Shown: positions 1 through 8,631 of the stretch, one piece after another
Layout: each line of letters opens with the position of its first letter
Position numbering within the stretch: the first letter of the stretch is position 1
IMG/VR virus record: IMGVR_UViG_2721755486_000003
Length of the DNA: 64,000 nt
Reading direction: 5' to 3' (one strand)
From: a virus
Lineage: Duplodnaviria > Caudoviricetes
Position numbers and translations under genes: made by a program
The notes under the pieces: generated by a model
The model's input: the letters and a program-made list of their open reading frames with translations, nothing else
Databases searched by the model: none
Told to the model about the DNA's origin: nothing

Positions 1-189
1 TCACTCGCCCTGCATGCCGTAGCGGTACAGCGTCGCGCCGACCTCGATCAGCAGGGTGCGCTCGCGCCCCTGGATCGCCGGATCGGTCAGCAGCATCGCC
101 AGCCGCGCGATCGCGTCGTCCACCGGGAGTTCCTCCGCCTCGTCGAGGGCAAGCCGCTCGAACTCTCGGATCACATCATCTGGTTCCAT
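1..189 (-). CDS. Small acidic helical hypothetical protein, paralog of 46786-47001
   Basis: MEPDDVIREFERLALD...VGATLYRYG aligns with MDPDDVIRRFEELALD...AGATLYRVG. Confidence 0.8.
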   Translation of the reverse strand: MEPDDVIREFERLALDEAEELPVDDAIARLAMLLTDPAIQGRERTLLIEVGATLYRYGMQGE

Positions 190-399
190 GGGTTTCCTCA
201 TATCGGTACGAATTGGCGCGCCTGCCTTCGCAGCGCGCCGCCCGGCCGATTATCTCAGCGCGCCCATCCGGCCGCCATGACTTCCGCGCCCGGCCATGCC
301 CGCCACGCCCCCTCCCCCGAGCCGCGGCGGCGGCAAGCAGCGCGCCCGCCAATACACAGTTGCGTAACAATTTCCACCGCACCGCGCCCGACAATAGGC

Positions 400-462
400 C
401 CTCAACCACTTGCGCCCTGCGCGGGCTGGCGGCCTCGCCTGGCCGACCAGCCCTTTTTTTTC
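400..462 (+). ncRNA. Candidate small RNA / intrinsic terminator
   Basis: GACAAT -10-like hexamer near 390, hairpin GGGCTGG-CGGCC..GGCCG-A-CCAGCCC followed by a T9 run. Confidence 0.4.
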
Positions 463-541
463 GCGCGCCGCATCGCCGCCAGCCAGCGCGGAATCCCACG
501 ATCCTCCGTCTGCCACAAAGCCTCGCACCGGGCCTCGACTA

Positions 542-557
542 CTGTACATTCATACAG
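542..557. promoter_or_regulatory. LexA (SOS) box
   Basis: CTGTacattcatACAG matches CTGT-N8-ACAG; upstream of 607-867. Confidence 0.85.
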
Positions 558-606
558 TATTCTGTAGTACATTGCGCAGCAATCACCCACGCACGGAGAC
601 TCCACG

Positions 607-867
607 ATGCCCGCTTCCGCCATGACTGATACCCGCACTGTCAAATACATCGTCGTGCCCTACCGCAAGGGCAACGGCGACGCACTGCAGCCCGGGGAAA
701 TCCGCCAGGCTTCCAGCGAAGTCAGCGCCATCCGCATCGCCACCGCCATGGCATCGAGCTTCGCGGGCGTCGCCGCCTACGAGGTGCTGGTCGACGAGGA
801 AACGGGACAGATGGACTCCCCTCGCATCCTGACCAGGGAAGGTCAGATCCCGACCCTGGACGACTGA
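607..867 (+). CDS. SOS-regulated hypothetical protein
   Basis: GGAG RBS, host-like codon usage, directly after LexA box. Confidence 0.75.
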   Translation: MPASAMTDTRTVKYIVVPYRKGNGDALQPGEIRQASSEVSAIRIATAMASSFAGVAAYEVLVDEETGQMDSPRILTREGQIPTLDD

Positions 868-1265
868 CGGGCGCGGCTGTCGCCATCGACCTCGGCATGG
901 CTTGCGAAGATCAGCGGCGACACCAGCGGCGACACATCAGCCCGCCCGCCGTCTGCCGGCACGATCGCGCAACCGGTGCCTGCAGGCCTCCGATGGAACA
1001 TCGTGTCGAGCAATACACGGCTGTTGTCCAGCACCCCTCTGCCGAGTTCGGTGATGAAATACACGCGCCCGACGCCGTCCCTCGCCGCGCTCGCGATACA
1101 CCCCTTCGTCAGCAGTGTGCGCAACAGCGGCCTCACCGCAGCGATACCGCCCGCCGTGTGGTACTCGAGGAGCCGGTCCCCCAGTTCCACTGCCGTGGCC
1201 GGCATTTCCAGCACCAGTTGGAGCACGTAGAACTGCGCCAGCAAATCAAGCGACTCTCGTTTCAT
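843..1265 (-). CDS. PadR-like winged-helix regulator
   Basis: VRPLLRTLLTKGCI...GRVYFITELGR resembles PadR wing motif. Confidence 0.55.
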   Translation of the reverse strand: MKRESLDLLAQFYVLQLVLEMPATAVELGDRLLEYHTAGGIAAVRPLLRTLLTKGCIASAARDGVGRVYFITELGRGVLDNSRVLLDTMFHRRPAGTGCAIVPADGGRADVSPLVSPLIFASHAEVDGDSRARQSSRVGI

Positions 1266-1648
1266 ATCGCAGCCACAGGAGATTGAAGCGACGCCCGATG
1301 CGCCGCGCACCCCCGGCGGCGCGGCGCAGGAATATCCGGCACACCGGGGGCGGAATCCAATCCGGCAAGTCTACGGATCAGCCCCGTCGCCGACCGCGGG
1401 AAGAGGGCCCGTTTCCGACCGCTCCTCGGCCTCAACCTTTCCGACAACACGCGGGAGCCGCCGCATTCTCGTTCTGTCCGAAGAGGACCGACGGGTGATC
1501 GTGGCCCCGGCAGTCAGACCACGACGAGGCCGCCGCGCTGAAGCGGGCAGTGGCGGAAGACGCAGGCAACGACGGCACTCGCATTCCGCATGCGGGCCTC
1601 AAGACGCCGGCGGGCGTGACAGACGTGCACTCCATGTGGCAAGAAGAG

Positions 1649-1696
1649 AAAAAAAGCCCGCCTCGGCGGGGAGCGTCGACGGACCGGAAGTGCAAC
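1649..1696 (-). ncRNA. Candidate sRNA, GCUCCCCGC-loop family copy A1
   Basis: TAGACT -10 (1703-1708, minus), GTTGCACTTCC leader, hairpin with GCTCCCCGC loop, T-run. Confidence 0.55.
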
Positions 1697-2233
1697 GGCG
1701 CGAGTCTACTCGGTACCGTCGAAACGCGGCTTGTCCGGAACAATCAGATTGCGGACATGTTTCCGACCAACCGATAGAAACAAGCGCACCGCGAGTAGGA
1801 TCAATCCAGGCAACAGAAGCGCATCGTCCGCATAGCCAAACACCGGAATGAAATCCGGAACCAGCTCAAGAGGGCCGACGATGGAGACAGAGTGACTTGA
1901 CGGCTAGTGGCATGCGCGGGTGCCGATATGCCAACCAAAGCGCCACCGCATCACGCTTGATCTCGCGTGCGGCCAGACGCATGCGCTACCAGATTGACCG
2001 TTCCACCTCGGCCCCCAGGATTCCGTTCAGGCGTGCTTCGCAGCGCCAGAGGGACGACGCCACAACGAAGTCAACACCGATACTTGCGGTGGGTACGGAT
2101 CAAGCGCGACTGTCCCCGCAGCACCATGCCGCCCCGGCACTACCATTGCCGCTGGAACAACTTCCACGGCGCCGGTGCCTGGGATGCGAATCGGTAGGTA
2201 TGGGTGGGTCTGGGTAGTGCGGTCTGGCAGACG

Positions 2234-2440
2234 CTAGTCCTCGCCGTCAGCGGCAACCTGGTCGACCTCCCGCTTCGCAGCGGCAAGAGCCTCGTCGATC
2301 GCCACGGCTTCGGACGAAGCCAGTTCGCCGGCATTCTGCCTATGGCCATGCCCTCGAACGACATACGACCAGTCCCAATGACCGCTGGTGACCAGCCTGA
2401 CGTGAATCAGGATTTCACGGCCTCGGTATCGAAATTCCAT
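2234..2440 (-). CDS. Small hypothetical protein
   Basis: GGAGGG RBS, ATG start, protein-like composition (MEFRYRGREILIHV...WDWSYVV). Confidence 0.7.
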   Translation of the reverse strand: MEFRYRGREILIHVRLVTSGHWDWSYVVRGHGHRQNAGELASSEAVAIDEALAAAKREVDQVAADGED

Positions 2441-2472
2441 AGCAGGCCCTCCGATGTCAGAGGAATCCTAGC

Positions 2473-2584
2473 ATGACGGGCCTGATCAACCTGCGCTTCG
2501 TCGGCAAGGCCGAGGCCATCCGCTCGGACTGCGAGCAGCATCGCAGTGCTTTCTGGCGCGAATCGGACAGCAGCCGGCCCGCGC
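2473..2584 (+). pseudogene. 5' fragment of DUF1643 gene
   Basis: MTGLINLRFVGKAEAIRSDCEQHRSAFWRESDSSRPA vs 58604 MKRLITQTLVGEAGAILSDCEQYRYRLWREWDSSRPA. Confidence 0.8.
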
Positions 2585-2655
2585 CACGACCGAGGGCTAC
2601 ATCACGCAGCGCCAGATGCCAGTGTCGATGCGGCTTACCGCTGCCGTCCGCCTGA
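2585..2655 (+). pseudogene. 3' fragment of tyrosine integrase gene
   Basis: TTEGYITQRQMPVS vs integrase C-terminus TTEDYIKQRDVPVS. Confidence 0.75.
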
Positions 2656-2718
2656 ATATTAGAGAGTTTCTAATATCACGGTCTGATATCACGCAAAGCG
2701 CTGACGCCAGAATGAGAA

Positions 2719-2750
2719 AAGCCCGCGTAATCGAATGATTACGCGGGCCT
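2719..2750. terminator. Hairpin next to tRNA 3' end, contains an IHF-like site
   Basis: GCCCGCGTAATC-GAAT-GATTACGCGGGC; counterpart at 60777-60808. Confidence 0.6.
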
Positions 2751-2751
2751 T

Positions 2752-2800
<49 letters not shown>

Positions 2801-2852
2801 GCAGGTACTGGAAAAGCACTTTTCCCAATACTGGCAACGGATTCCGGGATCC

Positions 2853-2929
2853 GTGTCCAATAAGACCAGAGGATACACATCACGTATTCATGCGGCTTGG
2901 CGCCCTTCTCTGCTGGTGTTATTGGACAC
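2853..2929. promoter_or_regulatory. Putative integrase arm-type sites
   Basis: GTGTCCAATAA (2853-2863) and TTATTGGACAC (2919-2929) inverted pair; same TTGGACA core in palindrome 60723-60745. Confidence 0.6.
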
Positions 2930-2939
2930 TTTCAAGGGC

Positions 2940-2989
2940 AAAAAAAAGGCCCGCCTCGGCGGGGAGCGTCGACGGGCCGGAAGTGTAAG
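2940..2989 (-). ncRNA. Candidate sRNA, GCUCCCCGC-loop family copy A2
   Basis: TAGACT -10 (2996-3001, minus), stem GGCCCGTC/GGCGGGCC, T-run. Confidence 0.55.
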
Positions 2990-3082
2990 GGCCGCAGTCT
3001 ACGCGCCATCGCTGACGGATGGCTGACCGAGGAAGCGCGGGTTCCCACCGCTGTTCTCGCCAAGCCTGGCACCCAGGCTATA

Positions 3083-3098
3083 CTGTATATCCATACAG
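3083..3098. promoter_or_regulatory. LexA (SOS) box
   Basis: CTGTatatccatACAG overlapping a TATACT -10. Confidence 0.9.
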
Positions 3099-3118
3099 TA
3101 TTCAGCAGGTGATGCATC

Positions 3119-3436
3119 ATGGGCAATCCCAAGCTCCGCCCGGTCGACAAGTCCGACAGCGACTCGCGCGGCCCCACCATCAACCCGGCGAACGGCGTCC
3201 TGGCATACATCGCGGGCGACTACGTGCACCAGGCGCGGCAGACGCTCGGCCCCGCCGACAGCGACAGCCGCACGCATGCCGAGGTGGTCATCGAGGCCGG
3301 CAACTTCGGTACCGTCCGGATCTTCTTCGAGCGGAAGCTCTCCCGCCACCACAAGAGCTACTACCACTATTGGATGGCCTACCGAGCCGAGCCGGTCACC
3401 CCGGACACGGCGCACGCCGATGCCGACCACGCGTAG
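3119..3436 (+). CDS. SOS-regulated hypothetical protein
   Basis: First ORF after LexA box, host-like codon usage. Confidence 0.75.
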   Translation: MGNPKLRPVDKSDSDSRGPTINPANGVLAYIAGDYVHQARQTLGPADSDSRTHAEVVIEAGNFGTVRIFFERKLSRHHKSYYHYWMAYRAEPVTPDTAHADADHA

Positions 3437-3824
3437 CGGCCGGTCGCGCAGCTTCCCGCCGGCGCTGACCAAGGCCGAGTTGCGGGCGCTCTACGAGCGC
3501 TGCCCTACCCCCGAGGTCAAGCGCCTGCTGTGGGAGATCGCCCGGCTGCAGGCTCTCGCCCAGCGCGCCCAGGATTTGGCCGACATGCTGGCGCCGACTC
3601 AACTCGACCAGCTCCTGGTCGCCGAGATCCCGCTCGAGACCGCGATTGCGCCCTACCTGCATGCATTGCGGACCGCGCTCAAGCGGGAAGCCTGCGTCAT
3701 GGCAGGCAGGATCGATTACCCTGGCCCGGCCTCCGACTTCGGGCCGCAGCCGGAGCGCGCGATCTCCGCCGGCGAGGCCAGGCGCGAGGCCGAGCGGGAA
3801 GCCCGGCGCCTCCGCGGCGGGTAG
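3420..3824 (+). CDS. Hypothetical protein of the kind found upstream of phage SRAP genes
   Basis: LTKAELRALYERCPTPEVKRLLWEIARL motif; overlaps previous ORF. Confidence 0.75.
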   Translation: MPTTRSGRSRSFPPALTKAELRALYERCPTPEVKRLLWEIARLQALAQRAQDLADMLAPTQLDQLLVAEIPLETAIAPYLHALRTALKREACVMAGRIDYPGPASDFGPQPERAISAGEARREAEREARRLRGG

Positions 3825-3874
3825 GCTTGCATGCGCGGCCCAGGCGCTGCGCCAACGATCGGGAGGAATCGCCG

Positions 3875-4537
3875 ATGTGCACGAATTACGCCCCAGTGCA
3901 GGCCCAGCTGCTGCGCGACGTCTTCGGCGTCGAGCCGCCGGCGTCGGTCTGGAAGTCCGAGACCTGGCGCGACTACCCGGCCCCGATCATGCGCGCCGAC
4001 CAGGACGGCCGCCGCGACTGCGTGCTGGCCGGCTTCGGCATGATCCCGCGAGCCGAGATCAAGCGGCGCAATGCCGAGCAGGAAGAGCGCACCGGCGCGC
4101 CGCCGAAGCTGAAGGACTACGACACCATGAACGCCCGGGCCGAGACGCTCGGCTCGAAGGCGTCCTTCTCAGGCTCCTGGAAGAAGGGCCAGGTCTGCTT
4201 GGTGCCGATGACCGCCTTCTACGAACCGAACTACGAGCACGGGCCCAAGTCGGTGCGGTACCGGATCTGGATGAAGGACGAGCCGGCGTTCGGGGTAGCC
4301 GGACTTTGGAGGGATTGGCCGGATGGGGCCTTCACGTTCACCATGCTGACGGTGAACGCCGACCACCACCCGGTGATGAAGCGCATGCACGCGCCGGGGA
4401 AGGAGAAGCGAGGCATCGTGATCGTGCCGCGCGGGCATTGGGATGACTGGCTGACGTGTCGGGATCCGGAGGTGGCGCGGAGTTTCCTGCAACTAAGCCC
4501 ACCCGATTCCTTGGTGGCAGAGCCAGCAACGGCATAA
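3875..4537 (+). CDS. SOS response-associated peptidase (SRAP/YedK/HMCES family, abasic-site protection)
   Basis: N-terminal MC, NARAET, FYEP, AGLW, MH..KR motifs; GGGAGG RBS. Confidence 0.92.
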   Translation: MCTNYAPVQAQLLRDVFGVEPPASVWKSETWRDYPAPIMRADQDGRRDCVLAGFGMIPRAEIKRRNAEQEERTGAPPKLKDYDTMNARAETLGSKASFSGSWKKGQVCLVPMTAFYEPNYEHGPKSVRYRIWMKDEPAFGVAGLWRDWPDGAFTFTMLTVNADHHPVMKRMHAPGKEKRGIVIVPRGHWDDWLTCRDPEVARSFLQLSPPDSLVAEPATA

Positions 4538-4620
4538 CTAGGGTTAACACGTAACCCTTTGCGGCGGAAGGAAAGGACAACTACGGCGTTTAAACTCACG
4601 CGTCATCCGATACAGGGAAG

Positions 4621-5496
4621 GTGACGATGAAGAAGATCAAGATCCACTATTTTAAGGTGGAAAGTTATGGTGCCAAAACCGAGCCACTCGAGACGCTGCT
4701 CGGCAAACTAGCAGCTGTAGATATATCCGATCGCACGAAAAACTGTAACTACATAGACGTGCGACTGGATCATCTTACCCCGCCAACTGCTGATAAAGCC
4801 TATTGGCTGCTTCGGTTCTCTCGTTTCCGGAACGACAATTGGCCCGCAGTGGCCACCTTGGAAGAGGCCGCAAAAGATCTCGAGCTAGACGAGGATGAGA
4901 TCCTTTCGGAGGAAACCTCTATGCTGTATGCGCCAGCCTCTCAACGTGCAGTTATTCAGTACAACCATTTTGGTGTGCGAGCATCTAAAATTCAAGAATA
5001 TCTGCTGCAATCCGGTGCATACGGCGAAGGCGGCCATAGTCTCTTGCCGGTTCTGAGCAGCGACGCCCTCGACAAGTATGCGGACAAGAAGATCGTTACA
5101 GCTATCGATGTGGTGATCGACGACGTGTCGGCCACGGACATAGCCTACTTTGGAGGAAGCGGCCTCCAGGGGGCAATTAATCAAGCAGTGGATGGGACAG
5201 CACGACGAATGAGGGTTACATTTTCAGTCGATGCGCGTGAACGCAAGAATCAGTTGGACAAGGGAACTGTCCAAAAAATGGTAGATAAAGTACTTGGCCG
5301 CAATGGAGATAATGACAAGCTGGTTGTTTCGGCCAAGGCGGATGAAGACGATGCAGTCGAGGAACTGAACCTTCTAGAATCGAAGAAATGCGTGGAGTAT
5401 AATGCTGACAGTATTCCTCGCACCCAGGGCAGGCGCTATTCGCCGGACCACATGTTCGCCCTCCTGGAACAGGCTTATCGAGAATGGGAAAAGTAA
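4621..5496 (+). CDS. DUF6731-like soluble protein, candidate defence sensor
   Basis: AT-richer ORF; LELDEDEILSEETSMLY...VIQYNHFGVRASKIQEYL pattern recalled for DUF6731. Confidence 0.65.
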   Translation: MTMKKIKIHYFKVESYGAKTEPLETLLGKLAAVDISDRTKNCNYIDVRLDHLTPPTADKAYWLLRFSRFRNDNWPAVATLEEAAKDLELDEDEILSEETSMLYAPASQRAVIQYNHFGVRASKIQEYLLQSGAYGEGGHSLLPVLSSDALDKYADKKIVTAIDVVIDDVSATDIAYFGGSGLQGAINQAVDGTARRMRVTFSVDARERKNQLDKGTVQKMVDKVLGRNGDNDKLVVSAKADEDDAVEELNLLESKKCVEYNADSIPRTQGRRYSPDHMFALLEQAYREWEK

Positions 5497-5978
5497 GAAT
5501 CCCTGTCGCCCGCATTTGGGAGAAATCCTACCCGGCCGCCATTGCGACGGCGGCCGCGGTAACGGCATGGCATATGAACCTAGTCTTTGAAGACGCAAAG
5601 GTTACCAATCAACTGTCATCCACCATCAATGTATCAGCAATCTTGATGGGTTTCCTTGGCACCGCAAAGGCCATGCTATTATCATTTAATTCGAGACAGT
5701 ACCAGGCGATTCGCGCAAACAAGTATTTATGGGGCATGCTATTAAGCTACTTCAGTCAAGCAATGCTCGCCGCGCTATCACTTTGTATTTTCTCGCTAGT
5801 TCTTTTCTCGCTGGACCCGGGAAGATATAAAGGGTGGAATGTCGGACCGTATTGGGGTGTCGGCCCGATCCCTATCTCTCAAGTACTATTGCCCATGTGG
5901 GTTGGTCTCTCAGCATTCGCGTTCCTCGCATTTTTCCGAATCCTTCGCGTAATTTTTGGACTACTGAAGACATCATAG
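5484..5978 (+). CDS. Four-TM membrane protein, candidate defence effector
   Basis: About four hydrophobic segments, overlaps 3' end of previous gene, AT-richer. Confidence 0.7.
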   Translation: MGKVRIPVARIWEKSYPAAIATAAAVTAWHMNLVFEDAKVTNQLSSTINVSAILMGFLGTAKAMLLSFNSRQYQAIRANKYLWGMLLSYFSQAMLAALSLCIFSLVLFSLDPGRYKGWNVGPYWGVGPIPISQVLLPMWVGLSAFAFLAFFRILRVIFGLLKTS

Positions 5979-6135
5979 ATACGGACTTGGTGCGGAGAAG
6001 CATTTACCCTTAGATTTAGTCGCCCTCCATGCCGGCCAACTCCGGCGCCGCATCCCCTTCGGTGTCCCCTTCAGCTTCCGATCAGCGCTCGGTGTGGTCA
6101 TCAGGCACCTCCAAGTCTCTATAGGAGAAGGCAGA

Positions 6136-6291
6136 TGAACGGTCAGCATGTCAAGCCCGCTGTCGCATCGCAGCATCAGGGAATTTCCCGCATTCAAGCG
6201 ATCGTTTGACGCAAGCCAGAATTGCTCTGGGCTCGTTCGCAACGCCCGTCTTATTGGGCCCTCGGCTGAGCTAGCGAGGGCCCTCTTCTCT
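6136..6291 (+). repeat. 156-bp non-coding element repeated at 61997-62152 (promoter + double-hairpin sRNA 6229-6291)
   Basis: 141/156 identical by hand alignment, no gaps; GGGAATTTCCC palindrome, TTCAAG-N18-CAGAAT, two hairpins. Confidence 0.75.
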
Positions 6292-6400
6292 TCGTCGCCG
6301 ATAAGCGGCGCGCGCAATTGCTCAACATGCCACACGGATCGCACTGACGTGCCCCATTTGAGGCAAGCCGGCGGCCGCCATACACCGTAGACTCAGTCTT

Positions 6401-6455
6401 GGGGTGCAATGCATCCCGTTCCCTTTTGAGCCCCAGACATCAGTTGGGGCTTTTT
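6401..6455 (+). ncRNA. Candidate double-hairpin sRNA
   Basis: TAGACT at 6388-6393; GGGGTGC-AAT-GCATCCC, pyrimidine linker, AGCCCCA/TGGGGCT + T-run. Confidence 0.5.
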
Positions 6456-6701
6456 CTTTGCACATCACCAGAGCGGCCACACCGGCACTGTCTTCCAGTG
6501 CCGCGCTGCACTGTCGCTCAGCGCACCGAGCAACTATCCCATCATCCACGCCTGCCGAGCCGAATAGCAGCCTAGCACTGTCGCCGCAGTTCCCGAACCA
6601 CCAGAATCTTTACCCTTCCTTCTGGTGCCCCATACGCCTAGGGGGATGAAAAACCATATCCAAGGTATGGAAAATCATCTCAGCAACTCGACCACCATCT
6701 T

Positions 6702-6749
6702 GTTGCATTCTCAAGGGCATAGGAGCTCCCCGCACCTATGCCCTTTTTT
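6702..6749 (+). ncRNA. Candidate sRNA, GCUCCCCGC-loop family copy A4
   Basis: GTTGCATTCTC leader, stem AAGGGCATAGG/CCTATGCCCTT, loop AGCTCCCCGCA, T-run. Confidence 0.55.
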
Positions 6750-6956
6750 CTTTCCGCAGCCACCACGCAGGCACACCGCCCACAAGATCGGCCGCCAGCG
6801 TAAGGCATTATCTATACCCCACTCTTGTATGCACCAGACTTGTGCGGGGTAACGAATTTGTCACACTAGAGCAGAATGCGCCTAGGCAGCGACATCCGAC
6901 CCGCTGCCACTCCCAGAGGGCAAAGGCGCTACCCGCGCCTTTGCCCCATTTTTCGG

Positions 6957-7349
6957 CTAACCGCCGGTCGGCGCCTGTGAGGTGGCTGGTTCCCAGTGCG
7001 ACCCGCCACCCAACCGCACACCCCAGAACATCAGCCACCGGCGCCACACCGGCACGCCAGTGACCGCCGAAGCCTCGCGCAGCACGGCATCCGCCACCGC
7101 GCGCGGTACCGGGTGCTCGGTGTACAGGAAGTCGTGCACCACGGCGGCTTCGTTGGACGTGCCGCCGGCCAGAAGGTAGACCACCGGCAGCCGCGGCACC
7201 GATGCCAGGTCGGTTTCGAACCCGGCCGGAACTTCGAAGGTCTGCCCGGCCATGTCCGACTGGTAGACCAGCGGCTCGACCAGCCGCCACAGGCCGTCAT
7301 CCTGGTCCGTGGCGTTCTCCATGACCAGCCTGGTCAGGAACTGGCTCAC
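6957..7349 (-). CDS. DUF1353 domain protein
   Basis: VPAGFETDLASVPR...AAVVHDFLY...AD motif; GTG start overlaps upstream stop. Confidence 0.88.
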   Translation of the reverse strand: MSQFLTRLVMENATDQDDGLWRLVEPLVYQSDMAGQTFEVPAGFETDLASVPRLPVVYLLAGGTSNEAAVVHDFLYTEHPVPRAVADAVLREASAVTGVPVWRRWLMFWGVRLGGGSHWEPATSQAPTGG

Positions 7350-7822
7350 GACGTCGCCCCGGCAACCGCCGCCGCGGGCGCGGCCGGCGCGCTGGCCGGC
7401 GCCAGGGTCGAGCTCGGCGCCGGCGCCCCATACTGCGCCAGTGCGGCAGCCAGGGCCACCTGGAATGCCATCAGCCCGATCTGCACGCCGCTGCGCGCGG
7501 CTGGGTCGAGCGGCAGCAGGCCCACCACCTGGATGGCGGCCGGCACCGACGTGTTCACCAGCGATTGCACGCTCGAGGCGTCGACCGACGCGCCGGCGGC
7601 ACACACGGCGCCATTGTCCTTCACCAGCTGCGCCAGGATGACCTGCTTGGCCGGGTCGTCGACCGTCATGGCCTGGACCGACTGCAGGGTCGGCTGCACG
7701 ACCGCGCAGGCCTTCACGACCTGGGCCTGGAAGGTGGTGGCGGCCTGGGGCGCGCCGGCGCAGCCGGCCAGGGAGACGAGCGCGACGATTCCTGCCGCGC
7801 ACAACAGCATCAGCTTCTTCAT
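7346..7822 (-). CDS. Lipoprotein with C-terminal hydrophobic helix (possible unimolecular spanin)
   Basis: MKK + hydrophobic core + LAGC lipobox; GVQIGLMAFQVALAAALA near C-terminus. Confidence 0.7.
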   Translation of the reverse strand: MKKLMLLCAAGIVALVSLAGCAGAPQAATTFQAQVVKACAVVQPTLQSVQAMTVDDPAKQVILAQLVKDNGAVCAAGASVDASSVQSLVNTSVPAAIQVVGLLPLDPAARSGVQIGLMAFQVALAAALAQYGAPAPSSTLAPASAPAAPAAAVAGATS

Positions 7823-7873
7823 GTGACGTTCCTCTTACGGGTGAATGCCGCGGACGCGGCGGGATGGGACTGC

Positions 7874-8092
7874 TCAGAAAATCCAGCTGGCGCCGACCAT
7901 GAGGCGGCCGGCACGGTCGAAGGTGGCGGTGATCTGGGTCGAGGGCGGGATCTCGACGAAGGCGCAGCAGCAGCTGACGTGCAGGCTCTGGTCCACCAGC
8001 GGCACGACCTGAGCGTGCTCGACCACCGCGCAGCCGGGCAGCGCCAGGGCGGCCAGGCACGCACCTGCGGCCGCCGCGCGGCTAGGTCGCAT
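7874..8092 (-). CDS. Small putative lipoprotein
   Basis: LALPGC lipobox-like, ends LMVGASWIF; overlaps upstream gene. Confidence 0.55.
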   Translation of the reverse strand: MRPSRAAAAGACLAALALPGCAVVEHAQVVPLVDQSLHVSCCCAFVEIPPSTQITATFDRAGRLMVGASWIF

Positions 8093-8570
8093 GGTGGATC
8101 ACCTCCCCCGGCGTGAACTGGTAGCCCTCGCGGCCGAACTTCTGGGCCAGCCACAGGGGGAACGGCAGCGCGTGGATGCCCGCGTCCTTGCCAGTGTGGT
8201 GCTGGCGGCAGAGCAGCAGCCCGTTCACCGTCATGTCGTCGACGAAGGTGTACGGGTCGGCCGGGTCGAAGGCGGCCCAGTCGAACGCCGCGGCGTGCGG
8301 CCCGAGCGCGCCGGCGCGCGCGGCAGCCTGGACCGCCGGCCAGTCGATCATGTTGGCGAGCGACCGTTCGATCGGGTGGTGATGGGCTTCCAGCGGCTGG
8401 CCGCTCTCCTGCGCCGTGGCGCCGCAGACGTAGCAGCGGCCGCCCTCGCGAGCGATCAGCTGCTTCTTCGTGCGTTCGAACAGCGCCGTGGTGGCACGCG
8501 GCTCGTGCCCGGGCAGCAGCACGTCGACCGCCAGGGTCTCTTTCTCTTCGTGGGTATCCGTGACGGCCAT
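8082..8570 (-). CDS. HNH-like zinc-binding protein
   Basis: CYVCG...EAHH...LLLCRQHH; GGAGGG RBS. Confidence 0.75.
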   Translation of the reverse strand: MAVTDTHEEKETLAVDVLLPGHEPRATTALFERTKKQLIAREGGRCYVCGATAQESGQPLEAHHHPIERSLANMIDWPAVQAAARAGALGPHAAAFDWAAFDPADPYTFVDDMTVNGLLLCRQHHTGKDAGIHALPFPLWLAQKFGREGYQFTPGEVIHHAT

Positions 8571-8631
8571 AGGCCCTCCAGAAATGCAAAGGCCCCGCAC
8601 ACGGCGGGGCCTGGGGTGCAGGTGGTGCAGG

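Noticed and set aside
1297-1330. Hairpin sharing CGCACCCCCGG with the 62264 unit
   Set aside because: Short GC-rich match, no T-run; too weak to call.
1750-2230. ORFs in the left remnant (1897-2217, 1967-2197 and others)
   Set aside because: No motifs, RBS or codon bias; probably decayed sequence.
6148-6390. Paralogous peptides MSSPLSH... (also 62009-62254) and their minus-strand counterparts
   Set aside because: Substitutions are almost all non-synonymous, similarity stops at the terminator hairpin, and no RBS; better explained as non-coding.
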